Source: an uncultured Bacteroidota bacterium
GTDB taxonomy: Bacteria; Bacteroidota; Bacteroidia; Flavobacteriales; Flavobacteriaceae
NCBI GenBank assembly: GCA_902546725.1
Contig: CACCLB010000007.1
Coordinates: forward strand, 35,208 to 99,207
Length of the DNA stretch: 64,000 bases
Direction of reading: 5' to 3'
Positions 10,128 through 18,462 of the stretch are shown here, in pieces. The notes beneath the pieces were generated by a model, which was not told where the DNA came from, did not search any database, and was given only the letters and a program-made list of their open reading frames with translations. The translations under genes were made by a program, and so were the position numbers. Numbering within the stretch: position 1 is the first letter of the stretch; each line of letters begins with the position of its first letter.

Positions 10128-11045
10128 CTATTCTAATTTCAACTCACTGATTATTTTTTCTGGTGCTTCTTCTTGTGGAAAATGCCCAATTTCTTTCAGT
10201 TTTATCACTTTAGGATTATTCCAATTCTCAATCCAATAATTGAGTTCCTGTTCTCTAAAGGCAATGTCTTTCATTCCCCAAATTATCGTGGTTGGAATTG
10301 AGTTAATTTTTTCTTTTTCTTGCCAAAGACAGTTCAACCATTCACTTGACCCAATAATCTCTTTTGGAAATACATAGCATCCTTTTCGGTCTTTTTTAGT
10401 TTCTAAATGTTTGAAGTAGTGTCTATGAATTTGTCTGTCTAACTTTTTTTTATTTCCAACAGCTTTCTTAACTACCTTTCTCCCAAAAAAATTAAAGTGT
10501 TTAATCATAAACTTTCCAAAGCCGCCAACCATAAATTTGCTGAATTTTTGATAATAAGGGTCGTTTTCAACTGACCACATCCAAGTATTTAAAATGATTA
10601 TTTTTTTAATTTTTTCGGGATGTTTCAAAGCGTACGATAGTCCAATTGGACCACCCCAATCATTAACAACTAAAGTAATGTTGTCAAGATTTAAACTATC
10701 CATAAACAGTTCAAAATTTTGTGCGTGACTTTTGGGTAAAAAATCCCAATCATATGGTTTATTGGATAACCCAAAACCAATTTGGTCAGGAACAATACAT
10801 CTGTGGGTTTTAGAAAGTTCTTTGACTATGTTCCGAAATTCAAACGACCAACCTGGATTTCCGTGAACCATTACAATAGGCTCGCCCTTTCCTTCGTCTA
10901 TATAGTGTATTTTTCCGATTGATAGCTCAAAATAATTGTTTTCAAAAGGATATTCTGCTCTGTCAAGCCATTTAGGGTAATTTGTGTTTTGTGCAGATAA
11001 ATTCATACTGATACTAATTAAGATTAAAATAATAATTCGATTCAT
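10128..11045 (-). CDS. secreted alpha/beta-fold hydrolase, haloalkane-dehalogenase/epoxide-hydrolase-like
   Basis: It has a signal peptide, an HGNPGWSFEFR oxyanion motif, a nucleophile elbow VVNDWGGPIG (Asp nucleophile type) and a C-terminal GHFPQEE. Confidence 0.8.
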   Translation of the reverse strand: MNRIIILILISISMNLSAQNTNYPKWLDRAEYPFENNYFELSIGKIHYIDEGKGEPIVMVHGNPGWSFEFRNIVKELSKTHRCIVPDQIGFGLSNKPYDWDFLPKSHAQNFELFMDSLNLDNITLVVNDWGGPIGLSYALKHPEKIKKIIILNTWMWSVENDPYYQKFSKFMVGGFGKFMIKHFNFFGRKVVKKAVGNKKKLDRQIHRHYFKHLETKKDRKGCYVFPKEIIGSSEWLNCLWQEKEKINSIPTTIIWGMKDIAFREQELNYWIENWNNPKVIKLKEIGHFPQEEAPEKIISELKLE

Positions 11046-11162
11046 TTTGTCCGTTTTAATCTTAGACGAATGAGAAGGTCAAAACGGTCGAACATTATTT
11101 ATCATCTATTACTTCTCGCAATATTTGAAGTATGGTATTTTCCAATTCAGCCGCATTACTAT

Positions 11163-11882
11163 TTAGAGGATTGATTTGATTTGATTGATAAGGGCAAATC
11201 GGATATCAAGATTGGTCTCAGCATCTTTTGTTTGACTTAATCCTGTTGCTCTTAATTTTGATTCAGAATCTAGTGTATCTTGTAAAAAATCATTGAGTTC
11301 TGCACATTGGCAGCAAACTCCTTCTTTGTTGATTAAGGCACATCTTTTTTCGTAGCGAACTTGCAATTCTTTTCGTCCATCAAATAGAAGGTGCTTGATA
11401 ATTCCTTCTGTTTTATCCAATATTTTAGCAATTTCTTTTCTTTTGAAATGATAAATTTCCTTTAAAATAATGGCAATCTGTTGTTCTAAATTTAAGTTTT
11501 TGGCAATACAAGTGAAACAGTAATTAATGTGTTCCACTATTTCAAATTGTTGTTCGGTTTGATTTTGGAATGAACCAATTATTCTTTGTTGATAAGAAGG
11601 TGTTGAAAATGATGCGTTTTTACATTCGTCTTGTACTTCTAATTTCCATCTGTTTTTAACTCTCTGATTGTCTTTTGCCAAATTTGTAGCAATAGCAAAT
11701 ACCCAAGTTTTGAATGAACTTTTGCCTTGAAAAGTGTCAACTTTTTGCTTTATCTTTATGTAAGTGTCTTGCAGCAAGTCTTTTGCATCTTCTCTATTTG
11801 CAGACAAGCGATATAGATATGATTCAAGTTGCTCTTGAATTGCCATGAATTCTGTTTCTATGTTTGATTTTTTAGTTTGCAT
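11163..11882 (-). CDS. ECF-type sigma-70 family factor with Cys-rich linker and C-terminal extension
   Basis: Sigma-2 (DLLQDTYIKI...FKTWVFAIATNLAKD) and sigma-4 HTH (IAIILKEIYHFKRKEIAKILDKTEGIIKHLLFDGRKEL) regions are present. It also has H118-x3-C122-x2-C125 and C181-x8-C190-C191-x-C193. Confidence 0.8.
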   Translation of the reverse strand: MQTKKSNIETEFMAIQEQLESYLYRLSANREDAKDLLQDTYIKIKQKVDTFQGKSSFKTWVFAIATNLAKDNQRVKNRWKLEVQDECKNASFSTPSYQQRIIGSFQNQTEQQFEIVEHINYCFTCIAKNLNLEQQIAIILKEIYHFKRKEIAKILDKTEGIIKHLLFDGRKELQVRYEKRCALINKEGVCCQCAELNDFLQDTLDSESKLRATGLSQTKDAETNLDIRFALINQIKSIL

Positions 11883-11892
11883 TGCTCTGCTT

Positions 11893-11927
11893 GCACCTAA
11901 CTATTGTATATGTACCCCCTTAGGTGC
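11893..11927 (-). repeat. short attC-like palindrome C (35 bp)
   Basis: GCACCTAA / TTAGGTGC is a perfect 8 bp inverted repeat around a 19 nt loop containing TATAT. The minus-strand GTTAGGTGC box lies 10 nt upstream of the sigma-factor ATG. The stop codon of the 66 aa ORF lies inside the other box. Confidence 0.45.
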
Positions 11928-12120
11928 GTTTATTTCTTTTATATTTTACAGTTTGTTCAACAATACATCCCAAATTGGCAGGTATTGTACCACTCACTTT
12001 TCGGATATAAAAATTTTGATTTGCCCTTTTGTAAAGTGAAAGCCAACCTCCAAAGTCGTATTTTGGTTTAAAAAAGATATCAAATGGATATAGGGTAAAT
12101 AGAGACTGTAGGCTAGTCAT
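11920..12120 (-). CDS. hypothetical 66 aa protein (possible cassette ORF)
   Basis: An ATG-initiated ORF with no recognisable family. Its coding status is unproven. Confidence 0.25.
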   Translation of the reverse strand: MTSLQSLFTLYPFDIFFKPKYDFGGWLSLYKRANQNFYIRKVSGTIPANLGCIVEQTVKYKRNKRT

Positions 12121-12180
12121 TTGGGGTTCTTATCATTGGGGTTATACGCACTAAAGATATAAAAAAGCCGGATATAAAAA

Positions 12181-12996
12181 CTAAGTTTTTTGGTAGGCGC
12201 TAATCGCAGCACGCACGTTATGATGTTGTTTTAACAAGTCTTGGGCAACGGTTAAGGAGACTTGAAGTTCATCCATCACCATACGTTCTGCCCGTCCAGT
12301 AAGTTTGTCATTGGTAAGTTGCATATCCACCATTTTATTTCCTTTGACATGTCCCAGTTGGATCATGGTGGAGGTGGTGATCATATTGAGAATCAACTTT
12401 TGAGCCGTTCCAGCCTTCATACGAGAACTTCCAGTCAAAAATTCAGGCCCAACGATGACTTCAATAGGAAAGTCGCTTACAGCGGCTAGGGGAGTGTCAT
12501 TGTTGCAAGTGATACAAGCTGTTGGTATTCCATGTTGTTGGCAGAGGTCGAGTCCGCCAACGACATAAGGTGTGGTACCCGAAGCGGCAATACCCACGAC
12601 GATGTCTTTGGTACTGATTTGCTGCTCCTTTAAATCTTTCCACGCCTGTTGGGTATCGTCTTCTGCTTTTTCAATCGAATTTCGAAGGGCGTGATCGCCA
12701 CCAGCGATAAGTCCGATTACTTTTTCGGCTGGTGTACCAAATGTGGGGGGACATTCTGAGGCATCCAATACGCCGAGTCGACCGCTGGTTCCAGCTCCGA
12801 TATAAAACAGTCGCCCACCGTTTTGAAGTTGTTCTACGACTTTAGCGATCAGTTCTTCAACTTGAGGGAGTACTTTTCCCACAGCTTGAACCGCCTTTTG
12901 GTCTTCTTGATGCATGCCTTGCAGTAGTTCGGCTATGCTTTTTTGTTCTAAATCGTTGTGGTGTGAATCTGCTTCGGTGATTTTGTTAAATGCCAT
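12181..12996 (-). CDS. murQ: N-acetylmuramic acid 6-phosphate etherase
   Basis: SIS domain; GAGTSGRLGVLDASECPPTFG and GIAASGTTPYV are characteristic of MurQ. Confidence 0.9.
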   Translation of the reverse strand: MAFNKITEADSHHNDLEQKSIAELLQGMHQEDQKAVQAVGKVLPQVEELIAKVVEQLQNGGRLFYIGAGTSGRLGVLDASECPPTFGTPAEKVIGLIAGGDHALRNSIEKAEDDTQQAWKDLKEQQISTKDIVVGIAASGTTPYVVGGLDLCQQHGIPTACITCNNDTPLAAVSDFPIEVIVGPEFLTGSSRMKAGTAQKLILNMITTSTMIQLGHVKGNKMVDMQLTNDKLTGRAERMVMDELQVSLTVAQDLLKQHHNVRAAISAYQKT

Positions 12997-13055
12997 AGGA
13001 TAAAGATATAAAAACAGTTGATTACTCCTTAGTCTAAAATCACTGGGTTTAAAGC

Positions 13056-13088
13056 AAAAAAAACCTCACTGTCTAGGACGGTGAGGTT
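13056..13088 (-). terminator. rho-independent terminator after icd
   Basis: The minus strand reads AACCTCACCGTC-cta-GACAGTGAGGTT followed by TTTTTTTT. The stem is 12 bp. Confidence 0.8.
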
Positions 13089-13110
13089 GGTGTATTCGCT
13101 TAGTTCGTAA

Positions 13111-14340
13111 TTATGACTTTAGCTTGGCCTCTAAATTCTTTTTTAAAGCACTTAAAAACTTTTGCGTCGTCAAGTAGTCTGAACTTTTCATATCGTCGCC
13201 GTGAATGAGAACAGCCAAATCTTTGGTCATTTTTCCACTTTCTACTGTTTCTACACAAACGTTTTCCAGTTTGGTACAGAAATCGATCAAGTCTTGATTG
13301 TGGTCCAGTTTTCCTCGGTGAGCCAATCCTCTGGTCCATGCAAAAATGGAGGCGATAGGGTTGGTAGAGGTTTCTTTTCCTTGCTGGTGTTGACGGTAGT
13401 GACGGGTCACTGTTCCGTGGGCTGCTTCTGCTTCCATAGTTTTTCCGTCAGGAGTCACCAGGGTAGAGGTCATCAGTCCTAAAGAACCAAAACCTTGAGC
13501 TACGGTATCCGACTGTACGTCACCGTCGTAATTTTTACACGCCCAAACAAAACCACCGTTCCACTTCATGGCTGCAGCTACCATATCGTCAATTAAACGA
13601 TGTTCGTAAGTAATGCCTGCTTTTTGGAATTTACTTTTAAATTCATTGTCAAAAACCTCTTGAAAGATGTCCTTAAAACGTCCGTCATAGGCTTTTAAGA
13701 TGGTATTTTTAGTCGATAGGTACAAAGGCCACCCTTTGTCTAATGCGCGGTTCATACAAGAACGGGCAAAACCGTAAATGGAAGAATCGATATTGTACAT
13801 GGACATGGCAACTCCGTTTTCTTGGAAATGGTAAACTTCCCAAGTTTTAGGGGTTCCTCCGTCATCAGGGGTAAATGTCATGGTGAGTTTCCCTTTTCCT
13901 TCAGTTACTGTATCAGCAGCTTTGTATTGATCTCCAAAGGCATGACGACCGATACAGATCGGTTTGGTCCATCCTTGAACATAACGCGGAACGTTACTCA
14001 TGATGATGGGTTCTCTAAATACCGTTCCATCTACGATATTACGGATGGTTCCATTGGGAGAGCGCCACATATTGGAAAGGTTGAATTCTTGAACACGATC
14101 TTCATCTGGAGTGATGGTCGCACATTTGATTCCAACATTGTGTTCTTTGATAGCGTTTGCTGCTTGTATGGTAATTTTATCTTCTGTAGCGTCTCTTGAA
14201 GTGACAGATAAATCAAAATATTTGATATCGAGGTCAAGATAAGGAAGGATCAGTTGATCTTTAATGAATTTCCAAATGATTCGAGTCATTTCATCCCCAT
14301 CCATTTCTACTACGGGGTTTACTACTTTAATTTTTGACAT
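13111..14340 (-). CDS. icd: NADP-dependent isocitrate dehydrogenase (homodimeric, eukaryote-like IDH1/2 type)
   Basis: [23 protein letters not shown]...[10 protein letters not shown]... The track ORF extends to 14424, but the conserved N-terminus starts at the ATG at 14340. Confidence 0.93.
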   Translation of the reverse strand: MSKIKVVNPVVEMDGDEMTRIIWKFIKDQLILPYLDLDIKYFDLSVTSRDATEDKITIQAANAIKEHNVGIKCATITPDEDRVQEFNLSNMWRSPNGTIRNIVDGTVFREPIIMSNVPRYVQGWTKPICIGRHAFGDQYKAADTVTEGKGKLTMTFTPDDGGTPKTWEVYHFQENGVAMSMYNIDSSIYGFARSCMNRALDKGWPLYLSTKNTILKAYDGRFKDIFQEVFDNEFKSKFQKAGITYEHRLIDDMVAAAMKWNGGFVWACKNYDGDVQSDTVAQGFGSLGLMTSTLVTPDGKTMEAEAAHGTVTRHYRQHQQGKETSTNPIASIFAWTRGLAHRGKLDHNQDLIDFCTKLENVCVETVESGKMTKDLAVLIHGDDMKSSDYLTTQKFLSALKKNLEAKLKS

Positions 14341-14408
14341 GAGTTTAAATTTTGATTTTCGCTTGCAAATATAAGTGCTAGCTTTTATTATTTGGCTAAA
14401 AAGAGCAT

Positions 14409-14434
14409 AAAAAAACCGCCTCATGGGCGGTTTT
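14409..14434 (-). terminator. rho-independent terminator after rplS
   Basis: The minus strand reads AAAACCGCC-catga-GGCGGTTTTTTT, 10 nt after the rplS stop. Confidence 0.8.
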
Positions 14435-14444
14435 AAAGTGTGTT

Positions 14445-14789
14445 CTAAGCCTCTTTGATACGCGCTTTTTTACCTCTTAAATTTTTGAAGTAATAAATAC
14501 GAGAACGGCGTACTTTACCTTTTTTGTTGACTTCGATTTTTTCCAATCCAGGCATGTTGACTGGGAAAATACGTTCCACTCCAACTGTACCAGACATTTT
14601 ACGGATGGTAAATGTTTTAGCAAGGCCTTGACCTTTAATTTGTATCACAACGCCTTTAAAGAACTGTGTACGTACTTTGTTTCCTTCTCGGATTTGGTAA
14701 TAAACGGTTAAAGTATCACCGGTTCCAAATTCTGGGAAATCTTTTTTCTCGATAAATTCGTTTTGAACAAAATTGAGTAAAGCTTCCAT
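14445..14789 (-). CDS. rplS: 50S ribosomal protein L19
   Basis: [30 protein letters not shown]...RRSRIYY is the canonical L19 sequence. Confidence 0.96.
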   Translation of the reverse strand: MEALLNFVQNEFIEKKDFPEFGTGDTLTVYYQIREGNKVRTQFFKGVVIQIKGQGLAKTFTIRKMSGTVGVERIFPVNMPGLEKIEVNKKGKVRRSRIYYFKNLRGKKARIKEA

Positions 14790-14923
14790 TTGATAGTTTA
14801 TTAAGTTTTAAAAGCCAACATACACGGTTATCGTCAGTGGTTGATCTTTTGTGGTGCAAAATTAAACTTATTTTTTGAGTATACAATAGCAGTAGCAATT
14901 TTATCAGCTTGCAATGGGGCTGT

Positions 14924-15598
14924 CTATTCCAGGAGGTCGGGGCGCAGTTTTTTGGTACGCTCCAAAGCTTGTTCTTCACGCCATGCCTCTACTTTAGGGG
15001 TGTTTCCAGAAGCCAGTATTTCAGGAACTTCCCAGCCCTTGTAGTTGGCCGGGCGGGTGTAAATCGGGGGCGCCAAAAGACCGTCTTGAAAACTGTCGGT
15101 CAGGGCAGAGGATTCATCCCCCAATACCCCTGGAATAAGACGGATAATACTGTCGCAAAAAACTGCTGCTGCAAGTTCCCCTCCAGACAGTACAAAATCA
15201 CCAATAGAAATTTCATGGCTAATCAGCTGATCCCTTACCCGTTGATCTACCCCTTTGTAATGACCGCAGAGTAAAATAATGTTTTCAAGAGTTGAAAAGC
15301 GATTGGCATTTTGTTGGTTAAGGGTTTCGCCATCTGGGGTAAGGTAGATCACTGCATCGTAATCCCTTTCTTTTTTTAAAGTCTGTATACACCTGTCAAT
15401 GGGTTCAACCATCATTACCATACCAGCTCCCCCGCCAAAAGGGTAGTCATCTACTTGCTTTTGTTTGTTTTGACTGTAGTCTCTCAGATTGTGAAAATGT
15501 ACTGAGGCCTTACCAGATTGAATAGCGCGTTTGAGTATGGAAGCTTCAAATGGACTTTCTAAAAGTTCTGGAAAAAGGGTGAGTATGTCGATACGCAT
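14924..15598 (-). CDS. trmD: tRNA (guanine37-N1)-methyltransferase
   Basis: [11 protein letters not shown]...[13 protein letters not shown]...[13 protein letters not shown]. The ATG at 15598 is preferred over the track start at 15628. Confidence 0.95.
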   Translation of the reverse strand: MRIDILTLFPELLESPFEASILKRAIQSGKASVHFHNLRDYSQNKQKQVDDYPFGGGAGMVMMVEPIDRCIQTLKKERDYDAVIYLTPDGETLNQQNANRFSTLENIILLCGHYKGVDQRVRDQLISHEISIGDFVLSGGELAAAVFCDSIIRLIPGVLGDESSALTDSFQDGLLAPPIYTRPANYKGWEVPEILASGNTPKVEAWREEQALERTKKLRPDLLE

Positions 15599-15616
15599 AG
15601 TGAACGATTGAAGCGT

Positions 15617-15653
15617 AAAAATAAACAAAGTCGCAGTACCACTGCGACTTTGT
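15617..15653 (-). terminator. rho-independent terminator between htrA and trmD
   Basis: A perfect 13 bp stem, ACAAAGTCGCAGT-ggt-ACTGCGACTTTGT, followed by a T-rich tract on the minus strand. Confidence 0.75.
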
Positions 15654-15679
15654 TGTAAAAAGCTTGGATTTTTATTGGA

Positions 15680-17071
15680 TTAGTATTGCAAGAGCAGCAT
15701 CTTCTTTTCGCCAGAAGGACTGAGTAGTAGCAAGTCTTCCACCTCAGAAGCGTCAATCCCTTTGATGTCTGATAAATCATCAACTTTTTTGCCGTTGACT
15801 TCAAGTATGACATAACCGTTGTCTATGCCCCTCTGATAAAGCCTGCGACTGTTCATGTTTGAGATATAGAGCCCGTGATCTGTGTCGTATTCCTTTTTTT
15901 GTTCTTCTGTCAAGGGGCGTACTTCCATATAATAGAAAATAGCTCGATTGATTTTTTCCAGACGGACAGAAACTTTGTTTTCCTTTCCATCTCTTTTAAA
16001 TACCACACTTACTTTTTCTCCAGGACGTTTACTAGCTAGATAACCCGATAAATCAGCGAATTCATTGATTTTGATACCGTCCACGCTTTTGATGATGTCA
16101 TTGGCTTTTAATCCAGCGAGATCTGCGCCCAATCCTTTTTCCAAATCGGTAATGTAGAACCCTTCGGTCTCGTCAACTTCAAAACGAGCAGCAAGCTGAG
16201 CGTCTAGTGCTTGTCCCATTACTCCCAATAACCCCCGCTGGACATCGCCGTATTCAATGATGTCTTCAAAAACCTTACGGGCCACGTTGCTGGGCACGGC
16301 AAAGGAATAGCCTACATAACCTCCAGTCATGGAAGAAATGGCGGTATTGATCCCTATAAGCTCACCGTTGGTATTGACTAAAGCTCCCCCGCTATTGCCT
16401 CTGTTTACTGCAGCGTCTGTTTGGATATAGGATTCGTTTTTACGGTCTCTTTTATTCAAATCTCGTGACTTGGCACTGATGATCCCTGCGGTAACTGTAG
16501 AGTTAAGGTTAAAGGGATTTCCCACTGCTAAAACCCATTCTCCAATGCGTGTTGCGTCCGAGTTTCCAAAATAGACATAGGGAAGTTTTTCCTCAGCTTT
16601 GATTTTTAAAACAGCAATATCGGTATCGGGATCTGTCCCGATGACTTTGGCTTCAAAGGTTTTATTGTCGTTGGTTGTGATTTCAATGGTGCTGTTGTTT
16701 TCTATTACATGATAATTTGTAATGATGTAACCGTCTGGTGAAACAATGACCCCAGAACCCGTTCCTATTCGTTCAGGCAAGTCCTCCTCGCCGAACCAAT
16801 AGCGGTAAATAGAGGGGAGGTTGTCATCGGCGATGCTTGTATTTTTAACATGCACTACTGCATTGACTGTCTTTTCGGCAGCAGAGGTAAAGTCGGTTGC
16901 TTCCGCTGCATAGCCGTTGGTATTAAAGGTGTAGTTAGTAGGGATCAGCGTGGGGCTTTGTTCTGGCTGAACATTGCTATTTTCTCCAGTTTGAAAAAAC
17001 TGATCATAAATAAAAATACTGCAAAAGGCACTTAAAAGTGCAATACTTAAAGTTTTGAAAAATGATTTCAT
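15680..17071 (-). CDS. periplasmic serine endoprotease, HtrA/DegP/DegQ family, with PDZ domains
   Basis: A trypsin-like domain with GNSGGALVN, followed by PDZ regions. The ATG at 17071 (MKSFFKTLS signal peptide) is preferred over the TTG at 17092. Confidence 0.9.
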   Translation of the reverse strand: MKSFFKTLSIALLSAFCSIFIYDQFFQTGENSNVQPEQSPTLIPTNYTFNTNGYAAEATDFTSAAEKTVNAVVHVKNTSIADDNLPSIYRYWFGEEDLPERIGTGSGVIVSPDGYIITNYHVIENNSTIEITTNDNKTFEAKVIGTDPDTDIAVLKIKAEEKLPYVYFGNSDATRIGEWVLAVGNPFNLNSTVTAGIISAKSRDLNKRDRKNESYIQTDAAVNRGNSGGALVNTNGELIGINTAISSMTGGYVGYSFAVPSNVARKVFEDIIEYGDVQRGLLGVMGQALDAQLAARFEVDETEGFYITDLEKGLGADLAGLKANDIIKSVDGIKINEFADLSGYLASKRPGEKVSVVFKRDGKENKVSVRLEKINRAIFYYMEVRPLTEEQKKEYDTDHGLYISNMNSRRLYQRGIDNGYVILEVNGKKVDDLSDIKGIDASEVEDLLLLSPSGEKKMLLLQY

Positions 17072-17168
17072 AGGATTAAATTTTTTTAACAAAATTATTC
17101 TTTTTTAAGAAAAGTAAAATTCCTTTAACGCCTCTTTAACACCCTCCAAAATTAATTATCTTTGACCG

Positions 17169-17954
17169 ATGACAATTCAATTTGACAAATATCAGGGGGC
17201 TGGAAACGACTTTGTAATTTTAGACAATAGGCAAGGTAAATACAACGGATTGACTGTAGTTCAAATCGCTTTTATTTGTGACCGTCATAAAGGGGTTGGA
17301 GCAGACGGATTGATACTGATTAATTCCGATTCAACTTCCGATTTTCAGATGCAATATTTTAATTCTGACGGCAATGAAAGTACTCTTTGCGGGAATGGAG
17401 GGCGTTGTGCCGTAGCCTTTGCTCACGATAAGAATGTAATTGAAAATACAGCAGAATTTAACGCTGTAGATGGTTTACATACAGCTCTTTATGACAGCTC
17501 AATGAAAGTTAAACTTGAAATGCAAGATGTCACGAAATTTTCGAAAGTAGGTACTGCAATAGTAACGGATACGGGCTCTCCTCACTACATTCAATTGGTC
17601 GATGAGGTTCAAGCTTTAAACATTCAAAAAGAAGGTGCCGCTATTCGATATTCTGATGCCTATTTGCCCGAAGGAATCAATGTCAATTTTGTTGAAAAAG
17701 AAGATCCTACGCATTACAAAATTCGCACTTACGAAAGAGGTGTTGAAGGGGAGACTTTGGCTTGTGGAACAGGAACGGTTGCTGCTGCTTTAGCGATGCA
17801 CTACCTTGCCGAGTCTGCAAATGCCACCAAGCTCCATTTTAAAGCTGTGGGTGGTGATTTGGTAGTTTCTTTCGAAGTGAGCAATCAAGGCTATCATTCC
17901 ATCTTTTTAACCGGGCCGGCTGTATTTGTTTTTTCAGGAAGTATAGACTTATGA
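17169..17954 (+). CDS. dapF: diaminopimelate epimerase
   Basis: Both catalytic Cys motifs are present: CGNGGRC and LACGTGTVA. Confidence 0.93.
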   Translation: MTIQFDKYQGAGNDFVILDNRQGKYNGLTVVQIAFICDRHKGVGADGLILINSDSTSDFQMQYFNSDGNESTLCGNGGRCAVAFAHDKNVIENTAEFNAVDGLHTALYDSSMKVKLEMQDVTKFSKVGTAIVTDTGSPHYIQLVDEVQALNIQKEGAAIRYSDAYLPEGINVNFVEKEDPTHYKIRTYERGVEGETLACGTGTVAAALAMHYLAESANATKLHFKAVGGDLVVSFEVSNQGYHSIFLTGPAVFVFSGSIDL

Positions 17955-18460
17955 ATCTAGACGAACTTCATTTGCGTGCTTTGGAACCTGAAGACTTAGC
18001 AGTTTTAGAACAGGTTGAGAATGATACGGTATATTGGAACCATTCCAATCAAACAGAGCCTTTTTCACTTTATACCCTCAAGCAATATATCAAGCAGCAA
18101 AGTCAAGATATTTTTGAAGTGCGACAAAAACGCTTTGTGATTTCAGATGCTCAAAAGAGTGTATTGGGTTTTATCGATTTATTTGATTTTGAACCCCTGC
18201 ATCGTAGAGCAGGTGTTGGGATATTTGTTTTAAGTAGCTACAGAACTAAAGGTGTAGCCTCAAAAGCGTTGTTATTGTTGCATGACTATATCAAGAAGCA
18301 TTTGAATTTAAAAAATTTATATGCCAATATAACTAAAGAAAACAGCAGTAGCATCAAATTGTTTACTGCTGTAGGTTATACCCAGATTGGGGTAAAAAAA
18401 GACTGGAATTTTTATCAGGGTTCCTTTCACGATGAATTGCTTTTTCAAAAAAGCTTCTAA
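17951..18460 (+). CDS. GNAT family N-acetyltransferase
   Basis: Acetyl-CoA binding pattern RRAGVGIFV...YRTKGVASKAL. It has an ATGA overlap with dapF. Confidence 0.75.
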   Translation: MNLDELHLRALEPEDLAVLEQVENDTVYWNHSNQTEPFSLYTLKQYIKQQSQDIFEVRQKRFVISDAQKSVLGFIDLFDFEPLHRRAGVGIFVLSSYRTKGVASKALLLLHDYIKKHLNLKNLYANITKENSSSIKLFTAVGYTQIGVKKDWNFYQGSFHDELLFQKSF

Positions 18461-18462
18461 AT

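Larger units (their letters stand above)
8411..11927 (-). mobile_element. candidate integron-type gene-cassette array without integrase (CALIN-like): two or three cassettes delimited by attC-like elements A, B and C
   Basis: See the individual repeat features. The outer boxes are perfectly complementary across each gene module (8/8 and 9/9 nt). Spot G+C counts are lower than in flanking core genes. The insert sits between housekeeping genes. Confidence 0.45.

Noticed and set aside
11046-11162. An additional attC-like site between the sigma factor and hydrolase genes could split them into two cassettes; the region shares GACCGTT with element B.
   Set aside because: There is no AAC...TATAT / ATATA...GTT palindrome and no GC hairpin unit in this region. 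Its putative box GTTTTGAC is not complementary to GCACCTAAC, whereas the box upstream of the sigma gene is complementary 9/9. I treat the region as an ordinary intergenic spacer, possibly carrying the hydrolase promoter.
13100-14424. The 28-codon N-terminal extension of the icd ORF (to 14424) and the nested ORF 13100-13339 could be coding.
   Set aside because: The conserved IDH N-terminus begins at the ATG at 14340. The extension is a low-complexity read-through of the upstream spacer. The nested ORF is out of frame inside icd.
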